From positions 1 through 25,830 of IMG/VR virus record IMGVR_UViG_3300037478_000095: a DNA stretch of 25,830 bases. One strand, 5' to 3'. Below, in pieces: positions 7,092 to 15,247 of the stretch; position 1 is the stretch's first letter, and each line of letters starts with the position of its first letter. The notes under the pieces were generated by a model. That model was not told the origin of the DNA and did no database searches. It saw only the letters and a program-made list of their open reading frames with translations. The stretch comes from a virus (Duplodnaviria > Caudoviricetes). A program made the translations under genes and the position numbers.

Positions 7092-7328
7092 CTAGAGGCG
7101 GACCTGGCCGACCATCTCCGCGATGTTGTCCACCCGCAGCCACACCTTCAATGAGCGGGCACGGGACTCGGGCGGCCGGATCATCGCCACCCGCTTACGC
7201 CCGTCCCAGGACAGAAACGCCGATTGCCACGGCCCGGGGTCACGTTCGCCGGTGGCCATCTCGATACGGGACAGGTCGTCGCCGGCGTAGTCGGCCATCA
7301 GCCAGCCGGACTTGATCCGGGCGCTCAT
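7092..7328 (-). CDS. hypothetical protein
   Basis: ATGA-coupled to the upstream gene; last ORF of the operon. Confidence 0.6.
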   Translation of the reverse strand: MSARIKSGWLMADYAGDDLSRIEMATGERDPGPWQSAFLSWDGRKRVAMIRPPESRARSLKVWLRVDNIAEMVGQVRL

Positions 7329-7672
7329 GCGGCCGGTTCTCCGAGCACGGTCAGCACGTCGGGCTTGCGGATGAAGTCGTAGTCGGCAGTGCGCAGCAGG
7401 ACGAACACCTGGTAGTCGACGCTGCCGCTGACGTCGGCAGCCGGTTCCACGTCCCCGTCGCGCGGCCCGAACACCGGCATCACGTCCGGCGCGTCCCGCG
7501 CGATCTCGGCGAAATCGCCAATCGTCGCCATAGTGGGGTCGGGGTCGGGCACGTCGTTCGGGTCGGTGCGCAGCGCAACCCCGGCGATGGTGATGTCGGC
7601 GAACACGCCTTCGTCGACGGTGACGGCCATGCGGCGGGGCTCGGTGGCCCCGACATAGATCGAGCTCGGCAT
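7325..7672 (-). CDS. hypothetical, probably beta-rich virion protein
   Basis: operon position, GGGAG RBS, acidic beta-strand-like composition. Confidence 0.65.
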   Translation of the reverse strand: MPSSIYVGATEPRRMAVTVDEGVFADITIAGVALRTDPNDVPDPDPTMATIGDFAEIARDAPDVMPVFGPRDGDVEPAADVSGSVDYQVFVLLRTADYDFIRKPDVLTVLGEPAA

Positions 7673-7675
7673 TCG

Positions 7676-9319
7676 CTACTCCCTCAGTTCGTCGACGCTG
7701 ATCGGGTCACGCATCTGGTCCACACTGATCGGCTCGCGCAGCACGCCGATGGTCGGGGCGACGTCGCGCAGCACGCCAATAATCGGCGCGGTGTCACGCA
7801 GTTCGCCGACGGTGACCGGCTGTGCCGGGTCGATCTCGGCGGCGGACAGTGGGTCACGCATGGCGGCCACGAGCACGGGCTCACGCAGCGGGCCGACGGT
7901 GACGCTGATGTAGGCGAACGGCGGCACTTCCCCGCTGCCGAACGCCGACCCGGTGTAGGCATAAGCGCCTGCCGCGACGCCGAATCTGGTTGCGGTGCCG
8001 TCCGCCGTGCCCGTGTAGCCGTACGTCCCGGCGGCGGTCCCGAATCTGGTGACGGTCCCGTCCGCGTTCCCGGCGTAGGAGTACGTTCCGGCGGCGGTAC
8101 CGGTGACGGTGACCTCGCCTGCGGCCGTGCCTGTGTAGGTGTAGCTGCCGGCGGCCTGGCCCTCGACGGGGCCGGCTTCGCCCGATCCTGCCGCAGTGCC
8201 TTGATAGGTGTAGCTGCCGGACGCGGCGCCCTCGGCGGTGGACGGCTCGGCGGTACCGGCGGCCGTGCCCTGGTAGGCGTAGCTGCCGCTGGCCGTCCCG
8301 GTGACGGTGACGACACCCTCGGCGGTGCCTGAATAGCCGTAGGCGCCCGCTGCGGCGCCTTCCACGTCTGCCGCTGTGCCGCTGCCGGCGGCGGTCCCCG
8401 CGTAGCTGTACGAGCCGCTGGCGGCCCCCGAGACGGTGACCTGCCCGGCCGCCGTGCCGGTGTGGGCGTACGCCCCGGCGGCCTGGCCTTCGACGCCGCC
8501 CTCAGAGGAAGTGGTCGCCGACGCCTCGTCAGACCAGTCGGTGACATCCCGGATGACCCCGGCCGCCGTGCCCGAATAGGCGTAGGCCCCGGCCGCCGAA
8601 CCTTCGACGGTCGTGCCCAGGTTGAAGTCGAACCCGGGCGGGTCGTCGCCGGTGACGACCGTGGTGCCGGCGATGGCGGTCTGGTCGGCCCCGCCGCCGG
8701 TGTCGTCCTCCACCGTGGTGCCGACCGCGGCCTGGTTGAATCGCCACATGGCGCCCGGCGAGTTGTCCAGCCAGTTCTGTGCCGCCGTGTGCAGCCCGGC
8801 CGCCTCTATCGCCGCGTCGCCGGTAGTATCGGCCGACCACGGCAACGAGTTCGACCATGCGGCGCGGACAGCCACTCTACCGTTGAACCAGTCGGACGAG
8901 TTGCCGTTGTTGAAGCGGACCGTGCCGGACGCCCCCGGTGCCGTCCAGTCAGCCAGGGCGGTGCCCCCGGCACCGTGTGACCAGATGCCGGTTGACATGT
9001 TGCATACCGAGAATCGGGCGGCCACGGTCCCGGTCGCCTTGCGGGCGACGATGAGATACCAGGTGCCGGCCGTCAAGTCCAGGGTCGACATTGAGCTGTC
9101 CGCCAGGGTGAACATCGCCGGCCGGTTGCTGACGTCCCGGAGGGCCAGCGGGCTAGCGGTAACCGAGCCGCCGGAGTTATGCAGGTTACAAAGGCCGCGC
9201 CACGCGCCTGCGGTGCCAGGGGCAATGATGGCGGCCGCCGTGCCATACGCCATCGTCGACAGCCCGCCGGTCCCGGTGGTCAGAAGGTCGTCGATCCCGT
9301 CGAATTCGCGGACAGCCAT
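7676..9319 (-). CDS. virion fibre/adhesin-like protein: LamG/concanavalin-like N-domain plus tandem repeats
   Basis: VREFDGIDD, GTWYLIVARK, WFNGRVA LamG-like strands; ten GxAxGxYxYxGxAxG-type repeats; C-terminal V/IGxLRxP repeats; TGATG overlap at 9319. Confidence 0.7.
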   Translation of the reverse strand: MAVREFDGIDDLLTTGTGGLSTMAYGTAAAIIAPGTAGAWRGLCNLHNSGGSVTASPLALRDVSNRPAMFTLADSSMSTLDLTAGTWYLIVARKATGTVAARFSVCNMSTGIWSHGAGGTALADWTAPGASGTVRFNNGNSSDWFNGRVAVRAAWSNSLPWSADTTGDAAIEAAGLHTAAQNWLDNSPGAMWRFNQAAVGTTVEDDTGGGADQTAIAGTTVVTGDDPPGFDFNLGTTVEGSAAGAYAYSGTAAGVIRDVTDWSDEASATTSSEGGVEGQAAGAYAHTGTAAGQVTVSGAASGSYSYAGTAAGSGTAADVEGAAAGAYGYSGTAEGVVTVTGTASGSYAYQGTAAGTAEPSTAEGAASGSYTYQGTAAGSGEAGPVEGQAAGSYTYTGTAAGEVTVTGTAAGTYSYAGNADGTVTRFGTAAGTYGYTGTADGTATRFGVAAGAYAYTGSAFGSGEVPPFAYISVTVGPLREPVLVAAMRDPLSAAEIDPAQPVTVGELRDTAPIIGVLRDVAPTIGVLREPISVDQMRDPISVDELRE

Positions 9320-9702
9320 CAGGACGGCCCCTCCCGACGGTCGACCACCACGCAACCCGTGCGGTCATCCTCGGCGTGGTCGCACACGTGCCGCTCCACC
9401 CAGCTCGGCACGGTCCGGTCGGCCGCAGGCGTGGGCTCGGACTGGCCGAGAACGTTCGCATCACCCAGCGTGGCGACCGCGTCGATGGCGTGCGCCTCAT
9501 CCATCAACGGCAGGTCGCAGCGGAATATCTCCCGACTGTTCGGCGCTGCGACGACCTCGTTGACGGCGGGCTCGTCACCCATCTCGCCGGGCCGGATGTG
9601 CACGGCCTGGGCGAAACGCACGGCCATGTTGTCCCGGCACCAGGTGGCGAGGCCCTGCGCCTGCTGAAACTGGATGGTGGCGCGCACCCGATGCAGCAGC
9701 AT
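9319..9702 (-). CDS. hypothetical protein
   Basis: TGATG overlaps at both ends. Confidence 0.7.
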   Translation of the reverse strand: MLLHRVRATIQFQQAQGLATWCRDNMAVRFAQAVHIRPGEMGDEPAVNEVVAAPNSREIFRCDLPLMDEAHAIDAVATLGDANVLGQSEPTPAADRTVPSWVERHVCDHAEDDRTGCVVVDRREGPS

Positions 9703-10595
9703 CAGCTCATCACCGCTCGCACCCGATAGGTGTAAAGCGTGTCCGGGTCCAGTCCGGTGTCCTCATAGGAATTGGTCGCCACATCCATGGCGATAATGAG
9801 ACTGTCCCGCTCCACGTCGTAGCCGGTGGCGTCGGGGAACGCGTCCCAGTCCAGGTCGATCTGTGACGCCGATACGGTCTGGGCGGTCAAGCCGGTGGGT
9901 CGGGTCGGTTCCTCCACACCGGCGGCCGTACCCGCATAGGCGTATGCGCCCGCGGCCGAACCCTCGACCGGCGGCGTGCTCTCCACACCGGCGGCCGTTC
10001 CGGTGTAGCTGTAGGCGCCCGCTGCGGAGCCGACGACCGTGACCCCACCCGCTGCCGTGCCGCTGTAGGTGTAGGCGCCGGCCGCCTGCCCCTCGATGGT
10101 CGTCCCCCCGGAGGCGAACGGGGCCACGACCTCGTTGTTCGTCCCGCCGTGGTTGACGCTGATGCTGCGGGCGGTGTGCGTGTGGGAGTTGCGGTGACGG
10201 AAGGTGACACGCAGCCGGTCCCCGGTCGCCCAAGTGCCCAGGCTGGGGTTCGTGAAGTTGAACGTATGCACCCCGGCCGACGCCGCCTGTTCGGTGGCGA
10301 ACGCCGAGATCGCCTGCTGGGTGCCGGCCGAGTTGATCCGCGCCACCGCGCACGATAGCTGGACGTTAGTGTCGCCGGTGATGACCTCCATCTCGACGAC
10401 ATAGTCCCCAGCGGCGCCGTCGGCACCGGGGTCGCCCGCCGCGGTGAAGCCGAAGCTGTTCCGGGTCTCACTGGCTGCGAGGGAGACGTTCGTGGTGCCA
10501 GTCGTGTCCGATCCAGGGTCGAGGATCGCCTTGTTGTAGTCCTGGCCGCCAGACAGGTCACTGTTGGTGTTGGTCAGCCGGTAGGTGACCGTCAT
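9702..10595 (-). CDS. virion protein with three Gly/Ala/Tyr repeats and a C-terminal fibronectin type III domain
   Basis: PTGLTAQTVSASQIDLDW...GYDVER...YEDTGLDPDTLYTYRVRA is an FN3 pattern. Confidence 0.8.
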   Translation of the reverse strand: MTVTYRLTNTNSDLSGGQDYNKAILDPGSDTTGTTNVSLAASETRNSFGFTAAGDPGADGAAGDYVVEMEVITGDTNVQLSCAVARINSAGTQQAISAFATEQAASAGVHTFNFTNPSLGTWATGDRLRVTFRHRNSHTHTARSISVNHGGTNNEVVAPFASGGTTIEGQAAGAYTYSGTAAGGVTVVGSAAGAYSYTGTAAGVESTPPVEGSAAGAYAYAGTAAGVEEPTRPTGLTAQTVSASQIDLDWDAFPDATGYDVERDSLIIAMDVATNSYEDTGLDPDTLYTYRVRAVMS

Positions 10596-10867
10596 GGTGG
10601 CTCACTCCTACCTGCGGCGTCGATGATCCGGTAATGACCCTCGGCGTCCATCCACAGGCCGAGCTTGATGCCCTCGTAGCCCTCCGGCCCCTCGTAGCGG
10701 TAGACGCCCGGGTCGTTGCCTTCGACCTGCAGCGTCACGTACGGCGGCACGTGGTAGTAGACGACGCACTGCACCCCGAACGGGGGCACCTCGGCCCACG
10801 TGCCGTCAGCGGACGAGAACGTCGACCCGTCAGCATAGTGGACCCGCCACGAGCGGACCGGCAGCAT
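10592..10867 (-). CDS. hypothetical protein
   Basis: ATGA-coupled to the downstream gene; fits the operon. Confidence 0.65.
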   Translation of the reverse strand: MLPVRSWRVHYADGSTFSSADGTWAEVPPFGVQCVVYYHVPPYVTLQVEGNDPGVYRYEGPEGYEGIKLGLWMDAEGHYRIIDAAGRSEPP

Positions 10868-10876
10868 CAGGGTGGA

Positions 10877-11266
10877 TCACGCGGCGGTGGACTGCGTCAG
10901 GTCGAAGTCGCCGATCGGGATGGAGAAGTTGTTACCGGCCGTGACGGCGCCGCCGGTGATCGTGCCGGAGCCGAGGAACGTGCCACCCGTCGACGCCGTC
11001 CACAACGAATAGTGCGTGTACGTCTCGGTGGTGGACACGCTGGTCCACTCGACCGCGGCGGTGTTGGCGATCGCGCCGGTCGTGGCCGCGTTGCCGAACG
11101 TCACCTGCTGCCGGGTCGTCTCGACGGCCGCGTTCGTGGCGCCAGCGGCACCAGGATCACCGAGATGCAGCTTGGCGAACACGCTGGCGTTGCCGCCGTA
11201 GCTGGTGCCGCGAACGTGGGCGTTCAGAACTGCCGCAGCCTCAGCGGCGGACATACCTAGTGCCAT
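10877..11266 (-). CDS. small tail fibre/structural protein (LHxGDPGxAG family)
   Basis: KLHLGDPGAAGATN...RQQVTF...THYSLWTASTGGTFLGSG...FSIPIGDFDLT, a widespread phage structural pattern. Confidence 0.75.
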   Translation of the reverse strand: MALGMSAAEAAAVLNAHVRGTSYGGNASVFAKLHLGDPGAAGATNAAVETTRQQVTFGNAATTGAIANTAAVEWTSVSTTETYTHYSLWTASTGGTFLGSGTITGGAVTAGNNFSIPIGDFDLTQSTAA

Positions 11267-11379
11267 CAGTCTTCCTCTTTCTCATCGGTAGCGATGGTGG
11301 ACATGTCGCCGTGGGCCTTGCCGTACACCGTCACCGGCTCGGCCTCGTCGGCGGTGGCCTCGATATCCCGGACTGCCAT
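11266..11379 (-). CDS. acidic micro-protein, 37 aa (MAVRDIEATADEAEP...)
   Basis: AGGAG RBS and TGATG overlap with the next gene; not in ORF track. Confidence 0.55.
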   Translation of the reverse strand: MAVRDIEATADEAEPVTVYGKAHGDMSTIATDEKEED

Positions 11380-11382
11380 TCC

Positions 11383-11682
11383 CTACTCCTGCGTGTTGAG
11401 CTCGCCGACGGTGACCGCGTTACCCACGGCCGAGCCAGTGAGTTGGGTGGCGGCGCCGCCGGCTCGGATCTCGTCAGCGTGGACGTAGGCCAGAGTCGAC
11501 TGCAACGGGACGACCCGGTTCTGCAAGTAGAAACCGACGCCGATGTCCACGGCGGCCAGCCCGGCAATGATGACGCCGATCCAGGGTGGGCCGACCAGCT
11601 CGGCGACCGACGCAGCACCAACGAACACCTTGACGGCGGCAAGGATGGCCAGGACGAGCAATACGGGACGTGGAACGTCCAT
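11383..11682 (-). CDS. holin-like membrane protein
   Basis: two TM helices followed by RVVP; lies downstream of the endolysin. Confidence 0.65.
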   Translation of the reverse strand: MDVPRPVLLVLAILAAVKVFVGAASVAELVGPPWIGVIIAGLAAVDIGVGFYLQNRVVPLQSTLAYVHADEIRAGGAATQLTGSAVGNAVTVGELNTQE

Positions 11683-11825
11683 CAACGTCTCCAGGGGGTG
11701 AGTCCGATGCCGAACGCGAGGTGCGCTGCCACGAACACGAAGCCGAACGTCACCAGGTCAATAGAACCGAGCGTCGCGCCGAACAGAGCGAGGATGAAGC
11801 AGATCATTGCGATTACGGCGAACAT
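11682..11825 (-). CDS. 47-aa two-TM membrane micro-protein (MFAVIAMICFILALFG...PWRR)
   Basis: AGGAG RBS, TGATG overlap, almost entirely hydrophobic; not in ORF track. Confidence 0.65.
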   Translation of the reverse strand: MFAVIAMICFILALFGATLGSIDLVTFGFVFVAAHLAFGIGLTPWRR

Positions 11826-11835
11826 TGTCCGTCTC

Positions 11836-12378
11836 CTATCGGGTGTAGATGATGCCGACGAAAGAGAGCACTAGGGCCACGACGATGACGATCACGCCCC
11901 AGACGTATTCCTTGCCGGCGATCCGGCCACCGGCGGTGCCGGCCTCGACAGCTCGCGAGTTGGCACCGGCCTTGACGTCGTCGATCAGGTCACGGATCGC
12001 CTTGATCTCCACGTCGAAGTTCAACTTCAACGCGTCGAGCTGTTTCGTTGTGGCGTCCTCGGCCTTGCCGGTGGCCTCCTTGGCGGCAGCCAGCGCGGCG
12101 GTCAGGGCCTGGTCCCGCGATGCGAGCGCCTCCTTGAGCAGTTCCTTGAGCGCGGATATCTCACTGGACACCGCCTGATGCTGGGAGTCCCGCAACCGAT
12201 CCAGGCCCTCGTGGTGCTTGTCGTGCGCCTTCGCCAGCGCCTCGATCTCCGAAACATCAGCCCTGCGCTCGGCCTTCGTCAGCTCCCGCAGATGGTTGAT
12301 TTCCCGGATGAGCGCTTCGGTCGTCAGGACTGTCGGGTCCGGGACGGGGGTACGCCCGATGTTCATATCGCCGGTCAT
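11836..12378 (-). CDS. coiled-coil protein with a C-terminal TM anchor (lysis-region membrane protein)
   Basis: heptad-rich helix ending YVWGVIVIVVALVLSFVGIIYTR; GGGGG RBS. Confidence 0.75.
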   Translation of the reverse strand: MTGDMNIGRTPVPDPTVLTTEALIREINHLRELTKAERRADVSEIEALAKAHDKHHEGLDRLRDSQHQAVSSEISALKELLKEALASRDQALTAALAAAKEATGKAEDATTKQLDALKLNFDVEIKAIRDLIDDVKAGANSRAVEAGTAGGRIAGKEYVWGVIVIVVALVLSFVGIIYTR

Positions 12379-12387
12379 CGAGCCCCC

Positions 12388-12588
12388 CTAGAGCCGTTCG
12401 TCCACCCTCACCGTCTGCTCGGCCTTGCTCTCGGCAGGCGGCCGGGCACCCCCCGGGCACGGCTCCCCTTTCACGCGGTGCCGCTTCACCATGCCGGTGG
12501 TGAACGCCAGCGGAAGATCCCGCCCGCACACCTGACAGCGCCCGCGCTCAGGAGCGGTGTAGGCGGGTCTTGAATTGCGCGACGACAC
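12388..12588 (-). CDS. small zinc-ribbon-like protein
   Basis: RCQVCG...RH...PCPG (C2HC) pattern; start uncertain. Confidence 0.55.
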   Translation of the reverse strand: MSSRNSRPAYTAPERGRCQVCGRDLPLAFTTGMVKRHRVKGEPCPGGARPPAESKAEQTVRVDERL

Positions 12589-12643
12589 GGCTCACCGCAC
12601 CAACCAGAAAGTAGGCGATCAGCACGGCGACCTCGGCGGCCAC
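12548..12643 (-). CDS. possible 31-aa single-TM peptide (VAAEVAVLIAYFLVGAVSRVVAQFKTRLHRS)
   Basis: GTG immediately after the endolysin stop; hydrophobic then basic; overlaps the next ORF by about 40 nt. Confidence 0.35.
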   Translation of the reverse strand: MAAEVAVLIAYFLVGAVSRVVAQFKTRLHRS

Positions 12644-12644
12644 C

Positions 12645-13793
12645 TCACGCCGGGGCATCGGCCAACTCGCCCTGAATCGTCAAGTCAACCTTGACGACGT
12701 TCTCGGCAAAGGCCGCGTCGAGGCGCTCGTCCAGGAGTGCTTGCCACTCTTCCTTGGACAGGTTGTTGTCCGGGCTGGCACCGAGGGACTCGGCCAGCGT
12801 CGCGTTGACTGCCTTGAAGGCGACTTCTTGCGCCTTCTCCATCCGGTGAATGATCGAGAAGGCCACTTCGAGAATGTACCGGTCGGTAACCGGCGTGCCC
12901 TTGGTCGGATCGTTGGGATCCTTCCAGTCGATGACCTCGGCCACGTACTTCGAGACGCCCGCTGACTGCCAGGCCCTCTTCGCTGTGAGCGAGTGCGTGT
13001 CCTCCCACGTCTCCTGAGCCGCGAAACGCATGCCGGCGGTGCCGGTAGCGGTATCAGGCCGGTCGACTTTATCGTCGCTGTTCGATGTGATGACCTGGTT
13101 GAGCCGCTGCAATAACGCTCGGTCTGCATCGGTGAACATGTCGTCGTCCTCCAGTGGTGCGTCGGCGTATTGGCGTTCCTCGGCCGCGCCCTCGCTCTTG
13201 TCGTAGCGCAGGCGGTCGATCTTCCGCAGCGGCGCCCAGGTGGAATGCTCCGCGTGCGCGCCGCCATGGATGTTGAAGTAGTCGTGGATCGCCGCGCCGG
13301 CCCGGCCCATGAACTCCCGCATCGTCATCCGCCGGCCGTTCCGCGGGTTCTTGAGCAGCCGGTCCCAGTCGGCTTCGACCACGCCGCCCTCGTACTCGGT
13401 ACCCCAGGCGTAGCGGCGGGCCGAGTCCTTCGGGATGGTGTACGTGCCGCCACCCACGCGGGGTACGGTCATCGGGCCGCCCGCTCCGGGATGATTCGCG
13501 TAGGAGAAGCACAGGATGCGGTAGCACAGGTCCCAGCCGCCGTATCCGTTAGCCAACGGCCCCGGCACCGATGTTCGGCCCTGCTTGACCAGCCACAGCA
13601 GCGGCGTCAGGTTCGAGGAGTTGTAGTTGGACACGATGTGGTGTGACATGTCGATCACCACGAACAGGCCGTCCCATGAGTCGTACGGGTTGGGCCGCCC
13701 GGTCTGCAGCTCGATCGACACCTCGGGCACGCCGTAGTCCAGCATGACCGCCTTGAGTGCCTTGGCCTTGGTCAACGCGCTGGACTGGCTCAC
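12645..13793 (-). CDS. endolysin, N-acetylmuramoyl-L-alanine amidase (Amidase_2-like)
   Basis: MSHH, VPGPLAN, ANHPGAG, WGTEYE and EHSTWAPLRKID zinc-amidase motifs. Confidence 0.82.
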   Translation of the reverse strand: MSQSSALTKAKALKAVMLDYGVPEVSIELQTGRPNPYDSWDGLFVVIDMSHHIVSNYNSSNLTPLLWLVKQGRTSVPGPLANGYGGWDLCYRILCFSYANHPGAGGPMTVPRVGGGTYTIPKDSARRYAWGTEYEGGVVEADWDRLLKNPRNGRRMTMREFMGRAGAAIHDYFNIHGGAHAEHSTWAPLRKIDRLRYDKSEGAAEERQYADAPLEDDDMFTDADRALLQRLNQVITSNSDDKVDRPDTATGTAGMRFAAQETWEDTHSLTAKRAWQSAGVSKYVAEVIDWKDPNDPTKGTPVTDRYILEVAFSIIHRMEKAQEVAFKAVNATLAESLGASPDNNLSKEEWQALLDERLDAAFAENVVKVDLTIQGELADAPA

Positions 13794-13957
13794 AGCCCGG
13801 TGTCCTCGTCGTCGTCAGTGTCGATGACCTCGCCGAGCCGCTTGCCGGCCTCGAGCTCAGCCTCGGTCGGCTGGGCGAGCACGTCATCCTCGGAATCCAC
13901 CCACATGCCGCTCTTGGGCGGGTCATCGGGCTCGAGCACGGTGTTCTCGTCGGTCAC
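13790..13957 (-). CDS. small acidic hypothetical protein
   Basis: GAAGGGGG RBS before GTG 13957; GTGA overlap with the endolysin start. Confidence 0.6.
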   Translation of the reverse strand: MTDENTVLEPDDPPKSGMWVDSEDDVLAQPTEAELEAGKRLGEVIDTDDDEDTGL

Positions 13958-13999
13958 GGCAAATCCCCCTTCACGTGTCAATCCGGTAAGGTGCGCCGC

Positions 14000-14125
14000 G
14001 TGATCGAACTCAGCGACGACATGCCGATCTGCGATCAGTGCGACGAACCAGCCCTGCCGAACAGCCCGTTGTGCATGTTCTGCAAGGTGGCCGACCGGGA
14101 CGTCACCCCCATCAGGGCGTTGTGA
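14000..14125 (+). CDS. antisense 41-aa CxxC...CxxC micro-protein
   Basis: VIELSDDMPICDQCDEPALPNSPLCMFCKVADRDVTPIRAL; TAAGGT -10 box 7 nt upstream of GTG; fills a gap between minus-strand genes. Confidence 0.5.
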   Translation: MIELSDDMPICDQCDEPALPNSPLCMFCKVADRDVTPIRAL

Positions 14126-14300
14126 CCATCCGGCCCGGCGTGAAGAACGCCAGCGTCGTGTTCCCGTCCTCGTCGACCATGAACACCGTCATCAGCGGCG
14201 TCGACGCCACACCCGGGAAGACCTGAACGACCCGGTTATCCCGGCCATCCAGGAGCACCCGCTCACCAGAACGCAACTGATCGGCCCGCTTATTCGCCAC
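14112..14300 (-). CDS. small hypothetical protein
   Basis: GAGGTG RBS; RADQLRSGERV beta-barrel-like pattern. Confidence 0.65.
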   Translation of the reverse strand: MANKRADQLRSGERVLLDGRDNRVVQVFPGVASTPLMTVFMVDEDGNTTLAFFTPGRMVTTP

Positions 14301-14308
14301 GACTCACC

Positions 14309-15247
14309 TCACACGTGGTAGGTGATTTCCAGGCGCGGCTTGCTTGACTCGTTCGCCCCACGAATCGACCCGTAGTACTCACGGCTCGTTGACGGCCCCG
14401 GCCCGATCGAGATGCCCTTCTTCGCGCCGGACTTCCATTCGCTCAAGCTGTGGCTGTACGTGACCCACCGGCCACCCGGCTTAGGCCAATTATCCGACCG
14501 CACCACGTCAGTCGTCGCAGAGAACGTCGACGGTTCCGACGAGTGACCGTGATGCCCGATGATCGCGGTGCCGCCCGAGTTGTAGTACCAGTGGTCGAAG
14601 TACAGATACACCCGCACCTTGTCCACTGTGCCGGCGCCGATGTCCGAAACGATCGTCGAGGACGGGAACCCGATGAGGCTGCGCTGGTTCCCGTTCGTGC
14701 CCGAGTAGTAGCCCTGTTTGGGCTTGGCGTTGAACGTGTTCTTCGAGTTGTCGCCCTGGTACGCCTGCGACCAGTCCGCGTTGTAGGTCTTGACGAACTT
14801 GGTGGTGCCTCCGGGCGGGGGTTCCGGGTCCGATGCCGGCACCTGCGTGGTGATCGCCTCGGAGATAAAAGTGGCCAGATCCTTGCCGTCGATGTTGATC
14901 GCGTCCGCGTTCAGCGTGCCCACGTTGATCTGCTTGGCGACTAACAACGCCGGCGGGTCCACCACCGTCTCCGTGCCGCCCGGCACGATAAGACGCCCGA
15001 GTATCCACCATTGCGTCACCCCGCGCCGGCCGCGCGCGTCCCAGCCCAGCAGCGCGACCGTGTCGCCGGGCAAGAACCCGAACGCGTCAACCCCGCCTAC
15101 CACAGGCAGGTTGACCAGCCGCTCACCGCGCCAGTCCACGACGTTCTCGAACGTGCCCGGGTCCCAACTCAGAATGGTGCCCTGCCCGTATCGCACCGCC
15201 GCGGACGGCTCCGAGACAAGCAGCGAGGTCAGGTCATGCGAGGTCAT
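14309..15247 (-). CDS. minor tail protein
   Basis: follows the hub gene; N-terminal OB-like GTILSWD...LPGDTVALL...WILGRL; C-terminal QGYYSGTNGNQRSLIGF...PRLEITY domain common in actinophage tails. Confidence 0.82.
   Translation of the reverse strand: MTSHDLTSLLVSEPSAAVRYGQGTILSWDPGTFENVVDWRGERLVNLPVVGGVDAFGFLPGDTVALLGWDARGRRGVTQWWILGRLIVPGGTETVVDPPALLVAKQINVGTLNADAINIDGKDLATFISEAITTQVPASDPEPPPGGTTKFVKTYNADWSQAYQGDNSKNTFNAKPKQGYYSGTNGNQRSLIGFPSSTIVSDIGAGTVDKVRVYLYFDHWYYNSGGTAIIGHHGHSSEPSTFSATTDVVRSDNWPKPGGRWVTYSHSLSEWKSGAKKGISIGPGPSTSREYYGSIRGANESSKPRLEITYHV

Noticed and set aside
7930-8620. Tandem DNA repeats as a possible CRISPR array or diversity-generating retroelement TR/VR pair
   Set aside because: Repeats are degenerate at synonymous positions and in frame; no constant repeat-spacer pattern, no adenine-specific variation, and no cas or reverse transcriptase gene in the window.
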